A stretch of DNA of 64,000 bases, taken from contig JAQBGU010000183.1 in the NCBI GenBank assembly GCA_032128375.1, positions 15,087 through 79,086 of the forward strand, written 5' to 3'. Both the position numbers and the translations under genes were made by a program. Under the pieces are notes generated by a model, which searched no databases, was not told the origin of the DNA, and saw nothing but the letters and a program-made list of their open reading frames with translations. Below are positions 18,545 to 28,893 of this stretch, piece by piece; positions within the stretch are counted from its first letter, which is position 1, and each line of letters starts with the position of its first letter. Source of the DNA: Deltaproteobacteria bacterium. GTDB lineage: Bacteria; Myxococcota_A; UBA9160; SMWR01.

Positions 18545-20592
18545 ACGATGTGAAGGTCAACGACACTCACAGCTTTGCTCTGATTGGTCACAGTGGCGAT
18601 GGCAAGACTTCGCTTGGCGAAGCGATCCTCCACCTCACCGGCGCAACCACATCGCTGGGTAGCGTCGTAGATGGGACTGCACATCTGACCTCGCTCCCCG
18701 AGGAAAAGGAACGCCAGTCGACGCTTACGACGGCGATCTTCGGGTTCGATTGGTCGAACAAGCACATCACGCTAATCGACACGCCTGGAGACTCGAACTT
18801 TCAGGCCAACGGCCGGATCGCGCTCGGCGCTGTCGACGGTGCGGTCTTGGTTGTGTCCGCGAGTTCTGGGGTCAAGGTCGGAACTGACCGGATGTGGCAA
18901 CACTGCGAATCCATTGCTGTCCCTGCGCTGTGTTACGTGAGCGGGATGGACAAAGAACACGCGAACTTCGACAGTGCAGTGGCCTCACTCAACAATATGG
19001 GCGCCAAGCCGGCAATCGTGACGCTGCCGATCGGAACCGGAAGGGATTTCCAGGGCATCGTCAATCTGCTGTCGATGAAGTCGCAGACCGAAGACGGGGA
19101 AGCCGAGATTCCCGAGGCTCTGGCCGAAGCAGCGGAAGACGCACGCGCGCAGTTGGTCGAATCGGTCGCCGAATGCGACGACGACCTGCTCGAAAAGTAC
19201 CTCGAGGAAGGGGAACTCACCGCGGATGAGGTGGCACGCGGATTGGTGGCTGCCACCCGGTCGCGCAAGATACTGCCGGTATTCTGCGGGGCGGCTACTT
19301 CCCGGGCTTCGGTCGCTGCGATTCTGGACGGGGTGCTGGGGTTGCTGCCGTCGGCCGCCGATCGGCAAGCATGGGCGAGCGTCGACGACGGCGACCCGGT
19401 GCCCGCCGACCCCGATGCGCCCTTTTCAGCGGTAGTGCTGAAAACGGTCATCGACCGCTACGCGGGCACCTTATCGGTGTTTCGAGTGATCTCGGGTACA
19501 GCTCACGCCGACACGCCAGTTCTGAACATGACCCGAGAATCGAAGGAGCGGTTCGGAAAGCTGCACATTCTGCGCGGTCCCGAGCACATCGAGATCGAGA
19601 GCGCCGGGCCTGGAGACATTGCTGCGGTCGCCAAACTGAAATCCACCCGTACCGGAGACGTGCTGTGTGCTGAGAAGGGCGGCCCGCAGATCGCTCCGAT
19701 CCCGATTCCCCAGGGTGTCATTTCCTACGCCATCTCCGCGAAGGTGAAGGGGGATGAGGATAAAGTTTACACCTCGCTCGGCCGACTTGTGGAGGAGGAC
19801 CCGACCCTGCAACTGGGTCGAGAAGCGTCCACCGGCGAGTTTTTGCTCACCGGCATGGGGGAGCTTCACGTTCGAATTACCGTGCAGAAGCTCCAACGCT
19901 TGTTCGGAGTCGAAGTCGAACTCAAGACACCAAAAGTCCCCTACCGCGAAACCATCAGACGCAAGGTCGAAAATGTCGAAGGCAAGCTCAAGAAGCAGAC
20001 AGGCGGCAAGGGAATGTTCGGCGTGTGTTATTTGACGGTCGAACCCCGGCAGACCGGAGAGGGAATTGAGTTCGTTGACGAAATCAAGGGTGGCTCCATT
20101 CCACGGGGCCTGATTCCGGCGGTCGAAAAAGGCGTGTTCGAAGCCTGCAATATCGGGCCGCTTGCCGGATACCCCATTGTCGACATGAGGATCCGCTGCA
20201 CCGACGGAAAGTTTCACGCTGTCGATTCGAACGAGATGGCCTTCAAACTCGCGGCGCACGCCGGAATCAAGGCCGCCATGCTGCAGGCCAAGCCGACTCT
20301 GCTCGAACCGGTCATGGACGTCGAAGTCTCGATTCCGGGACAATTCGTCGGCGACATCATGGGCGATCTGTCGAGCCGCCGCGGGCGCGTCCAGTCGAGC
20401 GACGCAAAGGGTTCAACCCAGATCATCAAGGCTCAGGTACCGATGTCGGAGATGCTCGAGTATGCAAGCCAGCTCACCAGTATCACCGGAGGTCAGGGCG
20501 AGTTCCACATGGAATTTTCCCACTACGCGGACGCTCCGAGCCACGTGAAGGACAAGGTCATCGCTGAGGCATCCCACGCCGATCAGACGTAA
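18541..20592 (+). CDS. Elongation factor G-like protein (EF-G2 type)
   Basis: Full EF-G domain layout (GMGELH, PKVPYRETI, KKQTGG, HAVDSNEMAF) with divergent G motifs GHSGDGKTS, DTPGDSNF, SGMD. Confidence 0.88.
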   Translation: MNDVKVNDTHSFALIGHSGDGKTSLGEAILHLTGATTSLGSVVDGTAHLTSLPEEKERQSTLTTAIFGFDWSNKHITLIDTPGDSNFQANGRIALGAVDGAVLVVSASSGVKVGTDRMWQHCESIAVPALCYVSGMDKEHANFDSAVASLNNMGAKPAIVTLPIGTGRDFQGIVNLLSMKSQTEDGEAEIPEALAEAAEDARAQLVESVAECDDDLLEKYLEEGELTADEVARGLVAATRSRKILPVFCGAATSRASVAAILDGVLGLLPSAADRQAWASVDDGDPVPADPDAPFSAVVLKTVIDRYAGTLSVFRVISGTAHADTPVLNMTRESKERFGKLHILRGPEHIEIESAGPGDIAAVAKLKSTRTGDVLCAEKGGPQIAPIPIPQGVISYAISAKVKGDEDKVYTSLGRLVEEDPTLQLGREASTGEFLLTGMGELHVRITVQKLQRLFGVEVELKTPKVPYRETIRRKVENVEGKLKKQTGGKGMFGVCYLTVEPRQTGEGIEFVDEIKGGSIPRGLIPAVEKGVFEACNIGPLAGYPIVDMRIRCTDGKFHAVDSNEMAFKLAAHAGIKAAMLQAKPTLLEPVMDVEVSIPGQFVGDIMGDLSSRRGRVQSSDAKGSTQIIKAQVPMSEMLEYASQLTSITGGQGEFHMEFSHYADAPSHVKDKVIAEASHADQT

Positions 20593-20593
20593 T

Positions 20594-20624
20594 CGACCAC
20601 AGGCCGCTCGACGGCCCGTGGTCG
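20594..20624 (+). terminator. GC-rich hairpin after EF-G2 without a U-tract (weak terminator or mRNA stabiliser)
   Basis: cgaccac-aggccg/cggccc-gtggtcg inverted repeat. Confidence 0.35.
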
Positions 20625-20666
20625 GGGCACGTCGGCCCGGCGCACACTGGCAGGGAAACGTGTCTT

Positions 20667-21851
20667 TTGGACAACGAACGAGATTCGGCAAAAGCTTCAA
20701 AGGCTTCTGAAGGGGCATCCGAACAGGGCTCTCTACAAGGCTCTTTACAGGCCTCTTTACAGGCCTCTTTACAAGCCTCTTTACAGGGTAAGGAACCGCA
20801 GAAGATCCGCCTCAACCTGTCTGCGCAGGCGGCACGCTATGCGCGTCGCGACGCGCCGCGCGAAACCCGGCTGATGGCGGCACGGGGCGCCCTGCCCTTG
20901 CCGGCCACTGAACTGGCGGCCGTACTGTTCGCGCTCATGCACGACGCGGATGCGGAGGTCAAGTCCACCGCGCGCGACAGCCTCGAGAATTTACCGGAGG
21001 GTGTGACCCACTCCGTGCTGATCGGCGATACCCATTCAGCCGTGCTGGCATTTTTCTGCCACCGATTCGAGGGCAACGAAGACGCGCTCGAGAAGATCGC
21101 ACTGAATGCCGCGACATCCGATGCAACGATCGCCCTACTGGCCGCTTCACCGCATAAGAAGATCATCGACATCGTTTCGGGCAATCAGGAGCGGATGCTT
21201 CGCCATCACGACATCGTCGAGGCGCTCGGATCCAATCCACTGACCGGGCGCTCCGAACTCGAGCGAATTCTGTCGTTCATCGATGCTCCGACCGACCTCG
21301 ATGATCATCCCGACCCATCGACGCCGATCAGTGACGACGAAGCGGAAGCCGCGCTGCGCGCCGTGTTGGGTGATTCAATGGGCCACTACGCCGGTAAATT
21401 CGTCACCGAATCCGACATGAACGACGAGCCTGATTCCGGCGGCGGGATCTACCAACTCGTTCAGAAAATGTCGGTCTTTCAGAGGATCAAACTCGCGCGG
21501 CTTGGCAACAAGGAGGCGCGGAGCCTGTTGGTGCGAGATCGCAACAAACTGGTCTCGCTGGCGGTCGTCATGAGTCCGAAGATCACGGAATCCGAGATCG
21601 TCTCGATCGCGCAGTCGCGCAACGTAACCGACGAAGTACTGCGTGTGATCGCTCGCGGCCGGGACTGGACCAAGAATTATCAAGTCAAGCTCGCGCTCTC
21701 GACCAACCCCAAGTGCCCGCTGCCGGTCGCGATGCAATTCGTGAATTACCTGCAGGACAAGGATCTCCGCATGCTCGTGCGCAGCCGAGACGTATCACAG
21801 GGAATCTCGACGCACGCCCGCCGGATCCTGATGAAAAAAGGGAAGCTCTGA
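20667..21851 (+). CDS. Alpha-helical (HEAT-like) hypothetical protein
   Basis: Long ORF coupled to the next gene by TGATG. The C-terminal KLARLGNKEARSLLVRDRNKLV resembles uncharacterised deltaproteobacterial proteins (from recollection). Start uncertain. Confidence 0.75.
   Translation: MDNERDSAKASKASEGASEQGSLQGSLQASLQASLQASLQGKEPQKIRLNLSAQAARYARRDAPRETRLMAARGALPLPATELAAVLFALMHDADAEVKSTARDSLENLPEGVTHSVLIGDTHSAVLAFFCHRFEGNEDALEKIALNAATSDATIALLAASPHKKIIDIVSGNQERMLRHHDIVEALGSNPLTGRSELERILSFIDAPTDLDDHPDPSTPISDDEAEAALRAVLGDSMGHYAGKFVTESDMNDEPDSGGGIYQLVQKMSVFQRIKLARLGNKEARSLLVRDRNKLVSLAVVMSPKITESEIVSIAQSRNVTDEVLRVIARGRDWTKNYQVKLALSTNPKCPLPVAMQFVNYLQDKDLRMLVRSRDVSQGISTHARRILMKKGKL
20724..20789 (+). 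repeat. 12-bp tandem repeat, about 5.5 copies (QGSL/QASL)
   Basis: Unit caRgSctctYta read directly. Confidence 0.9.
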
Positions 21852-22954
21852 TGGCGAAGCACATCCACGATGATGCGCTCGTCAACGCGCGGATCCTGTA
21901 CTGGGGCGCTGAGCATTCAGGCAAGTCTGAGAACCTCCGCACCATCTACCGCAGACTGCGACCCGATCATCGCGGGCCGCTCAAGGCTGTCCCAACGCGA
22001 ATCGACCCATCGGTCGAATACGAGGTGCTGCCGATCGAGCTGGGCGACGTGGGAGGATTTCGAACGGCAATCGAGATGATCGCGGTACCCGGCGCTGCGG
22101 ATCAAGCACCGACCCGCAAACAGCTGTTAGATGAAGTCGACGGGATCGTGCTCGTGATCGACTCGCAGGCCACGCGGATCGCCGACAACGAGGCGAGCCT
22201 TCAAGAGTTGCGCTCCGCGCTTGCCGACTACGGACGGCGCCTCGAAGACATTCCGCTGGTCATCCAATACAACAAGCGGGATTTGTCGGATCCGTACACA
22301 CTCGACGAACTGCACCGCAGGCTCGACGTGCGCGGCGCGGCCGTATTCGAAGCGGTCGCCACCGAACCAACGGGGGTCCTGAAGACCCTGTCGACGCTAT
22401 CCAAGCGCGTCGTCCGGACCCTGCGCGATCGGAAATTCGATACTGCTGGTCAATCGGGCAACCTCGACTTTGGCCCCCCGTCCGTAGCCGACGCCCGCAG
22501 CGACTCCGACTCGCTCGCAGAAGTCTCGGGTCGCATGGAGAAGGCCATCCTGGCCGAGGAGTCTCACCCGGAATCGGACGCGATCGCGGACCTCACAGCA
22601 CGAACCGAGAGTCTGCTCGATGATTCCTGGGACCTGGTTGCGCCCGACTCCGAGGCCGATGCAGGCCTCGACGGACTCGATGCGCGCTATGCGCTCGAGC
22701 CCCTCGAAGCATTCGGGCCATTCGAGCCACTCGGGCCAGCGTCATCGAATACGCCCCAGTTGGGCCCCGAACTGTCGATCACGTCTGTCGGCGAAGCAAC
22801 CCGCTGCGGTCAGCGGGCCGTGCGAGTCCCGCTCGTCGTCGCAGACAAGGAGGGTCGTTCGACCACCTTGGTACTGACGATCTCGCTCGACACCCTGTCC
22901 TCCTGCTCGCCCGACTCGTCGCATGACGGCGCGCCAGAAGAGGCACGAGATTGA
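21851..22954 (+). CDS. MglA-like small GTPase paralogue with degenerate catalytic residues and an acidic C-terminal extension
   Basis: NARILYWGAEHSGKSENL, LPIELGDVGGFRT, VDGIVLVIDSQ and IPLVIQYNKRDL align with MglA. DRT is replaced by DPS and TVPGQ by AVPGA. Confidence 0.85.
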   Translation: MAKHIHDDALVNARILYWGAEHSGKSENLRTIYRRLRPDHRGPLKAVPTRIDPSVEYEVLPIELGDVGGFRTAIEMIAVPGAADQAPTRKQLLDEVDGIVLVIDSQATRIADNEASLQELRSALADYGRRLEDIPLVIQYNKRDLSDPYTLDELHRRLDVRGAAVFEAVATEPTGVLKTLSTLSKRVVRTLRDRKFDTAGQSGNLDFGPPSVADARSDSDSLAEVSGRMEKAILAEESHPESDAIADLTARTESLLDDSWDLVAPDSEADAGLDGLDARYALEPLEAFGPFEPLGPASSNTPQLGPELSITSVGEATRCGQRAVRVPLVVADKEGRSTTLVLTISLDTLSSCSPDSSHDGAPEEARD

Positions 22955-25242
22955 TGCGCAAGCGAATAGCGATCTATTGCGCAAACGATGAAGTACTGCA
23001 GCTGATCCCCTCACTGCTTGCGAACCCCGACTTGGAGATCACGGCGATCTTCGACCGCGCAGCGTCGAAGATCCGGCAACGACTTCCTGATTTCGGCCGC
23101 GAACTGGGGCCGCTGCTCGGCGCGAAACTCACGGACCGGGTCGAAGACCTCATCGACGACGCGGCGCTTCACACGATCATCGATGCGAGTGTTGAACTCG
23201 ACTTCGCGAGGCAACATTCCGACATCGTTGACCGCGGCGTACAGGTCATCTCACCTCTGACGGCTCGCTTGCTGTGGTGTTTTGTGCCGACCTCAGCACA
23301 TCGCAAGACCGAACTTCTCGGGGTGCTCCACGAACTCGTAGAATCGTACAACCTCACCATCGATGCGGATGCCCTGTTCTCGCGCATGCTGGAGATAGCC
23401 GTCAGTGTGACGGGAGCCGAAGCCGGTTCATTGATGCTGCTGGACACCGAAAACCGAGAGCTCCGGGTGCGCGTTGCCACCGGAATCGAACCGGAATTGT
23501 GGACGAAAATTCGCGTTCCGCTCGGGGAAGGCATCGCCGGCCGTGTGGCTGCCGACGCTCGCCCTCTGCGGTTGCGCGGAAAGGCCGATGGGCGGGCGTT
23601 TCACATCGTGCGCGAACGTCTCGACGTCGAGTCGGCGCTCTGTGTGCCCATGATCTTCGAAGGGCGCGTGCTGGGTGTGCTGAATCTCCATCACTCGACG
23701 CGTCCCGACACCTTTACCGACGATGATCTCGAATTCGCTGAGCAGCTCGCCCGACTGGACGCGCAGATCATCGCGCAATCTCAGGCACACGAGGTGCTGC
23801 GCGGCCAGGCGGAACGCTACGAGGCAGTCCGCCATGTGCGAGGCGAACTCGCGGGAAAGGCTACATTGCCAGACCGGCTGCGCGGGCTGTGTCGATTCAT
23901 CGCCCGGCACGCGGGCAACGGCATCGCGACGATCTACTTGTGCGACCCGGGCGACGACGGGCTCAGACTCGGAGCCACTTCGCTAGAGGGCGGTGGCTTC
24001 GGCGGCGAGTATCGAATCGCGGTCGGCCAGGGTATCGACGGCACGGTAGCGCGCACCCGCGATGCCATGATTCTCAAGACTCCCGACGGAGCGCTCGCCT
24101 ACGCCGCGCTTCCGCTCGTGGCGGGCGAGACGTTTGCGGGCGTGCTCAGTGTACAGGGCGGCGAGCGTGCACCGCGTGGCCGTGCGATGGAAGAGACGCT
24201 ACTCGAAATCGCGGCCGCAGCAGCCGAGGAGATCGTCCACGCGAATCAGACTGCGGCCATGACTTCACGCGCCACGCAGCTGAGTGCCGTCAACGAGACC
24301 GGAATCAAGATGATCTCGACCGAAGACCTCGCAGAGGTGCTGCGTCTCGGCACATCCTCCGCGGCCATGGTCCTGGAGGCCGATCACACGATCTTGCGCC
24401 TGCACGACGAACAGACCGGACGCTTCGTGATTCGCTCCTACTTTGGCTCTGCAGACGGCCCGCTCCAAGAGCGCTTGTTTCGACTCGACAAGCAGGTCTC
24501 CGTAACCGCGATCAAGCGGCGCGGCCCCCACTTGATTCGCGACATCGCACTGCACGCCGAAACGCGAGAGTTCGACACTGAGCTGCGCAGCGCGATTGCG
24601 GCGCCTCTGATGCGAGAGGCTCATGTGATGGGGACACTGGCGATCTACGACAAGGTTGAAAGCGACCAGTTCCATGTGGGGCGCTTCTCAGACGATGACC
24701 TGAGACTCTTTGGAAAGTTCGTGTCTTACCTCGAACGCGCCCTCGCCAATGCGATGTTCCACGCCCAGGCGCGACGGTTCCGAAACTTTGATACCGAAAC
24801 CGGCCTGCCAAACTCGGTCTATCTCGAAAAACGGATCGTCGAAGAAGTCGCGCGCGCGGCTGGGGCCGAAAGCGCACTCGCAATCGCCGTCTGCAAGCTC
24901 GAGAACCTCGACGAAATCGAGCGCTCCGCTGGTGCTACGCGCGTGCGCCAGGTCGTCGCTCGCAGCGTCGACGCGTTGAGGAGCCACCTGCGCGACTTCG
25001 ACGTCCTCGGCCGCACCAGCGACAACGAGTTCACGATCCTGCTGCCCGACCCTGGCGTATCCGCGAGCGATCGCGTGTTCGCGCTCGCTCGCGCGGTTGC
25101 GGACGACCTCTCCGGCAACGAAGCCCTCAACGCGGGGGCCCGGATTGCGTTGGGCTTCGGCTATGCGGTCTATCCGGGCGACGGAGCCGATTGCGGTGCG
25201 CTGCTCGAAAAAGCCTGCGAACCTCGCATCCGAATGGTGTAG
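22954..25242 (+). CDS. Multi-GAF protein with a degenerate GGDEF domain (probable c-di-GMP receptor)
   Basis: Three GAF-like blocks (GEGIAGRVA, SALCVPM..GVLNL; GQGIDGTVA; SAIAAPL). The C-terminus has DTETGLPN, I-site RDFD and A-site SDNEF. Confidence 0.82.
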   Translation: MRKRIAIYCANDEVLQLIPSLLANPDLEITAIFDRAASKIRQRLPDFGRELGPLLGAKLTDRVEDLIDDAALHTIIDASVELDFARQHSDIVDRGVQVISPLTARLLWCFVPTSAHRKTELLGVLHELVESYNLTIDADALFSRMLEIAVSVTGAEAGSLMLLDTENRELRVRVATGIEPELWTKIRVPLGEGIAGRVAADARPLRLRGKADGRAFHIVRERLDVESALCVPMIFEGRVLGVLNLHHSTRPDTFTDDDLEFAEQLARLDAQIIAQSQAHEVLRGQAERYEAVRHVRGELAGKATLPDRLRGLCRFIARHAGNGIATIYLCDPGDDGLRLGATSLEGGGFGGEYRIAVGQGIDGTVARTRDAMILKTPDGALAYAALPLVAGETFAGVLSVQGGERAPRGRAMEETLLEIAAAAAEEIVHANQTAAMTSRATQLSAVNETGIKMISTEDLAEVLRLGTSSAAMVLEADHTILRLHDEQTGRFVIRSYFGSADGPLQERLFRLDKQVSVTAIKRRGPHLIRDIALHAETREFDTELRSAIAAPLMREAHVMGTLAIYDKVESDQFHVGRFSDDDLRLFGKFVSYLERALANAMFHAQARRFRNFDTETGLPNSVYLEKRIVEEVARAAGAESALAIAVCKLENLDEIERSAGATRVRQVVARSVDALRSHLRDFDVLGRTSDNEFTILLPDPGVSASDRVFALARAVADDLSGNEALNAGARIALGFGYAVYPGDGADCGALLEKACEPRIRMV

Positions 25243-25267
25243 GTACACCGCGCGACGCGGATGTGGC

Positions 25268-26380
25268 TCACCCAAGCAGACTCGACAGTTCCACGAGCGG
25301 AAGATCCAGAGACGCAGCCACCCCTTCACAGACGATGTGGCCGCGCCACACATTGACACCAAGAGCCAACGCCGGATCGGATCTTGTGGCGGCTTCGACG
25401 CCCATTTCGGCGATTCGCTCGATCAATGGCAGCGTGGTGTTGGTCAGGGCGAATGTCGACGTCCGCGGAACTGCGCCGGGCATGTTCGCGACGCCGTAGT
25501 GGATCACGCCATGGAGCTTGTAAGTTGGATTGGAGTGCGTCGTCGGGCGGATGGTCTCGATGCATCCGCCCTGGTCAACTGCAACGTCTGCGACCACCGA
25601 ACCCGGTTCCATCTTTTGGATCATCGCTTCGCTCACCACAGTGGGTGTGCGACGACCGTGCAGGTAGACGGCACCGATCACCAGATCGCTCGTGGTGACG
25701 GACTTCTCGATATTGGCTGGCGTCGAATACAGCGTGTTCAGTTCGCCACCAAAAATGTCGTACAAGTACGTGAGTCGCTTCAGGTCGATATCGAGCACAT
25801 CGACCTCGGTGCCGAGTGCGTGTGCGACGCGCACCGCATTGATTCCGACTGTGCCGGCGCCGATCACCGTCACTCGGCCACGCATCACACCAGGCACACC
25901 ACCGAGCAGCAATCCCTTGCCACCGTTGTCCTTCTGAAGCAGCGTGACACCGATCTGGACCGCGAGTCGACCCGCCACCTCGCTCATCGGAGCGAGTATC
26001 GGGAACGAACCGTCGGGGCTGCGGATCGTTTCGTAGCCGATCGCGATCACATCGGCCTTGCACAGTCCGTCGGCGAGTTCTGGCGCCGCTGCGAGGTGGA
26101 GATAGGTGAACAGAATTTGGCCGGGTCTCAGCCTCTGGGTCTCGTGCGGCTGTGACTCCTTCACCTTGACGACCATCTCCGGTCGGGACCAGACCTCGTC
26201 GATATCGACGATTCGTGCTCCGGCTGCCTCGAATTGGGCATCGGAAAAGCCACTGCCGACGCCGGCGGAAGTTTCGACCAGCACCTCGTGTCCCTTTGCC
26301 AGTAGCTGACGTACACCGTCGGGCACCATCGCGACCCGAAACTCCATGTCCTTGCATTCGCGCGGTACACCGATCCGCAT
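25268..26380 (-). CDS. ald: Alanine dehydrogenase
   Basis: [44 protein letters not shown]. Confidence 0.96.
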   Translation of the reverse strand: MRIGVPRECKDMEFRVAMVPDGVRQLLAKGHEVLVETSAGVGSGFSDAQFEAAGARIVDIDEVWSRPEMVVKVKESQPHETQRLRPGQILFTYLHLAAAPELADGLCKADVIAIGYETIRSPDGSFPILAPMSEVAGRLAVQIGVTLLQKDNGGKGLLLGGVPGVMRGRVTVIGAGTVGINAVRVAHALGTEVDVLDIDLKRLTYLYDIFGGELNTLYSTPANIEKSVTTSDLVIGAVYLHGRRTPTVVSEAMIQKMEPGSVVADVAVDQGGCIETIRPTTHSNPTYKLHGVIHYGVANMPGAVPRTSTFALTNTTLPLIERIAEMGVEAATRSDPALALGVNVWRGHIVCEGVAASLDLPLVELSSLLG

Positions 26381-26422
26381 GCATTCCTTTCCCCGCGAGG
26401 CGCGCAGGAGGCGGGTGAAACT

Positions 26423-27736
26423 CTAGTGCCCCGGCGCTAGGAACTCCTCGATCAGGATCTTGGCAACTTCCGGCCGCATGATGCGCTCATCGGGCGTTAC
26501 CCCACTGCGCAGTTGCTCGCGAACCTCGGTTCCACTGACCGTTACCGGTTTTTCGCCCTTGTGATTCTCGGTCAGATCGACGCGACCCATCGACTCGTAG
26601 AACGCCGCGAATCCGACATTGCACGGCGTCAAGTGCAGCTCTCCTTGCAGCTCAGCGAAAACCTCCTGCGCATCGAAGTCCCCCCAGATTGCGCTCCCGT
26701 CCTCATACGGTGCGTCGGCGTGTTTGCGCCCGATCACGAGGTCGCTGAAACCGAAGTTCTGCCGGTAGATCGCGTGCATCACAGCTTCGCTCGGACCGCC
26801 ATAGAACATCTTGATGTCCAGACCGATCAGTTCGAAGACTTCGGCAAGCGCGTAGCCGACCGATTCCCACAACGCGTCGTCCTTGTCCCCGTCTCCGAGC
26901 AAGCGTCGATCGTGAAGCTCCCGGTAGCAGCGCATTCGCGTGGCGGCCGGGACGTCGTCCCCCTTGAGTTCCCCGACCAGCGGATTGAGCACGACCCCGG
27001 TGAAGTGTCCCGCGCGTGTGAGGCTCTCGGCGCCCGACACCAGCGCGTATTCATGCGCACGATGCAACGGGTTGCGGGTCTGGAACGCCAGCGCGCGCTC
27101 CCACTTCTTCGAACGAATGAACGCCCGGGTCATCAGCGGCGACAGCATGTACTCACCGTACTCGGGATTGAGCGGCTGCGGCAGCGCTCGAAGTGAACCG
27201 CCTAGCAATCGGGTACGCGTGTCATTTTCGACGGCGCGGCCGCCTGGGTGATCGTAGCGATCGGTTCGATACACCTTCTGGATGTAGAGGTCCTTGTCCC
27301 AATCGAACAGTTCGAGATCATCGACGATTGCGACGACTTCGCCGTCTTCCCGGCAAAGAACCACCGAATCGCCAGCCGTCAACGCCGAGGCTTCGTCTTC
27401 CGTGACGGGGATCGAGAGCGGGATCGTCCAGGCATACGATCGGCCGCCTACATCGATCGATCGGGTATCGAGCACTCGATCCCAGGTGGCTTTCCGCATC
27501 GGTCCTTCCAGCGGCGACAATCCCCCATCCGAAATCCGGTAAACGGTAGACAGGTCGGCATTGCTGACCTGCACCGACGGGAGCTCTTTGGCCTCCGCAA
27601 GAAAGGCTTTCCGCTGCCCCAATGGCACCATGCGGTCGACCGGTGCGGAAAGCCCACCGTGAACCGGCACCAGGTCTCCATTCCACTTCGTGTTGGGCTT
27701 TCGATCGTAGGTCTTGCTGTCGTTCGACTTGCTCAT
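26423..27736 (-). CDS. sat: Sulfate adenylyltransferase (ATP sulfurylase)
   Basis: PVHGG, SPLEG, AFQTRNPLHRAHEY, SGTEVR, MRPEV. Confidence 0.92.
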   Translation of the reverse strand: MSKSNDSKTYDRKPNTKWNGDLVPVHGGLSAPVDRMVPLGQRKAFLAEAKELPSVQVSNADLSTVYRISDGGLSPLEGPMRKATWDRVLDTRSIDVGGRSYAWTIPLSIPVTEDEASALTAGDSVVLCREDGEVVAIVDDLELFDWDKDLYIQKVYRTDRYDHPGGRAVENDTRTRLLGGSLRALPQPLNPEYGEYMLSPLMTRAFIRSKKWERALAFQTRNPLHRAHEYALVSGAESLTRAGHFTGVVLNPLVGELKGDDVPAATRMRCYRELHDRRLLGDGDKDDALWESVGYALAEVFELIGLDIKMFYGGPSEAVMHAIYRQNFGFSDLVIGRKHADAPYEDGSAIWGDFDAQEVFAELQGELHLTPCNVGFAAFYESMGRVDLTENHKGEKPVTVSGTEVREQLRSGVTPDERIMRPEVAKILIEEFLAPGH

Positions 27737-27798
27737 TCAATCGGTCTCCATACCGCTGACAATCATCTGGTTCGAAAGGGCAAACTTTGAAGGGGCAT

Positions 27799-28893
27799 TC
27801 ACCAGATGGCGTGCATGCCATCTCCGTCCGAGAACAGCACCACATCGCCAGCGCCGTCGAATTGGCGCAAGAACAAGCGTGAACGGTTTTCCAGCACCGA
27901 CTCGTAAACGACGAACCGACCGTCGGGTGAAACGACGGGTCGGTATTCCTCTGCTCCCGAACCGACACCCAGCCGTGTTCGACCGACGCCATCGGTGCGG
28001 ATTCTCCACAGTTTCGAGTCTTCTCGCATGCCGCGACCAAACACGATCCACTGCCCATCGGGTGAGAAAGACGGGGCGAGCCCGGGCGTGATGGGGCGCG
28101 CTGCCGCCCCCTGCGTCAACGATTGCACCCAAATCTGGGGTTCGCTGCTGAACACCCGAACGAACGCGACTTGCTGACCATCGGGTGAACACGCCGGGCT
28201 CCCGTCGGACGGGCCAGAGCTGATGATCTCGATGTGTCCGGAAGGCGACCTGACTGCGAGCCGCGAGGTCAGCCAGTTGCGCGCTCCCGAGCGTTCCACG
28301 CTGTGAACCGCCACCACGATCCGTCCTTCTGATGTGTAACAACCGTGCGGATGAAAATTCGGACCGTGGGTCAACTTTCCAACTTCGCCGGTTTCCCGAT
28401 CGAACTCGTACAGCTGCAGGGCCCCCGGGTCGCCCTGCGCAAACAGTAATCGCTGGTGATCGGACGACCAGGCCTGAGGGATGGCTCCTGATTGAGCGCC
28501 GCGCACCATGACAAGTTCGTCAGTGCGCGGGTCGAGCAGTGCCATGCGCCCACGAAATTTGGGATCGGACTTCTGGCCGAACGCGCTATCGAGGTAATTC
28601 TTGAGCGTGTTGACGTTCACGACGCCACGGTTTTCGGACTGCGATCGCGGGTCATACGGTGCCTCTTCGCTTTCCGCGAGCGACTCGGCGCGCCGCCGCG
28701 CTTCTGCTTCTGTGTGATAGACAAACGCGATCGGGAACTCCGGCAGTTTCCGGGATTTCATCTCGTGCGCACACCCGGCGCTGATGATGACTGCCCCCGC
28801 AGCGATCGAACCGATCCAGCAAATCGCCCGACTCAACGCCCGATGGGTAGCGCCGGGGCGAACGAATCGGGGTTGTTCCACGCCATGCCTCAT
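27799..28893 (-). CDS. TolB-like PD40 beta-propeller lipoprotein
   Basis: Lipobox-like ISAGC and repeated PxxSPDG motifs. Confidence 0.75.
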   Translation of the reverse strand: MRHGVEQPRFVRPGATHRALSRAICWIGSIAAGAVIISAGCAHEMKSRKLPEFPIAFVYHTEAEARRRAESLAESEEAPYDPRSQSENRGVVNVNTLKNYLDSAFGQKSDPKFRGRMALLDPRTDELVMVRGAQSGAIPQAWSSDHQRLLFAQGDPGALQLYEFDRETGEVGKLTHGPNFHPHGCYTSEGRIVVAVHSVERSGARNWLTSRLAVRSPSGHIEIISSGPSDGSPACSPDGQQVAFVRVFSSEPQIWVQSLTQGAAARPITPGLAPSFSPDGQWIVFGRGMREDSKLWRIRTDGVGRTRLGVGSGAEEYRPVVSPDGRFVVYESVLENRSRLFLRQFDGAGDVVLFSDGDGMHAIW

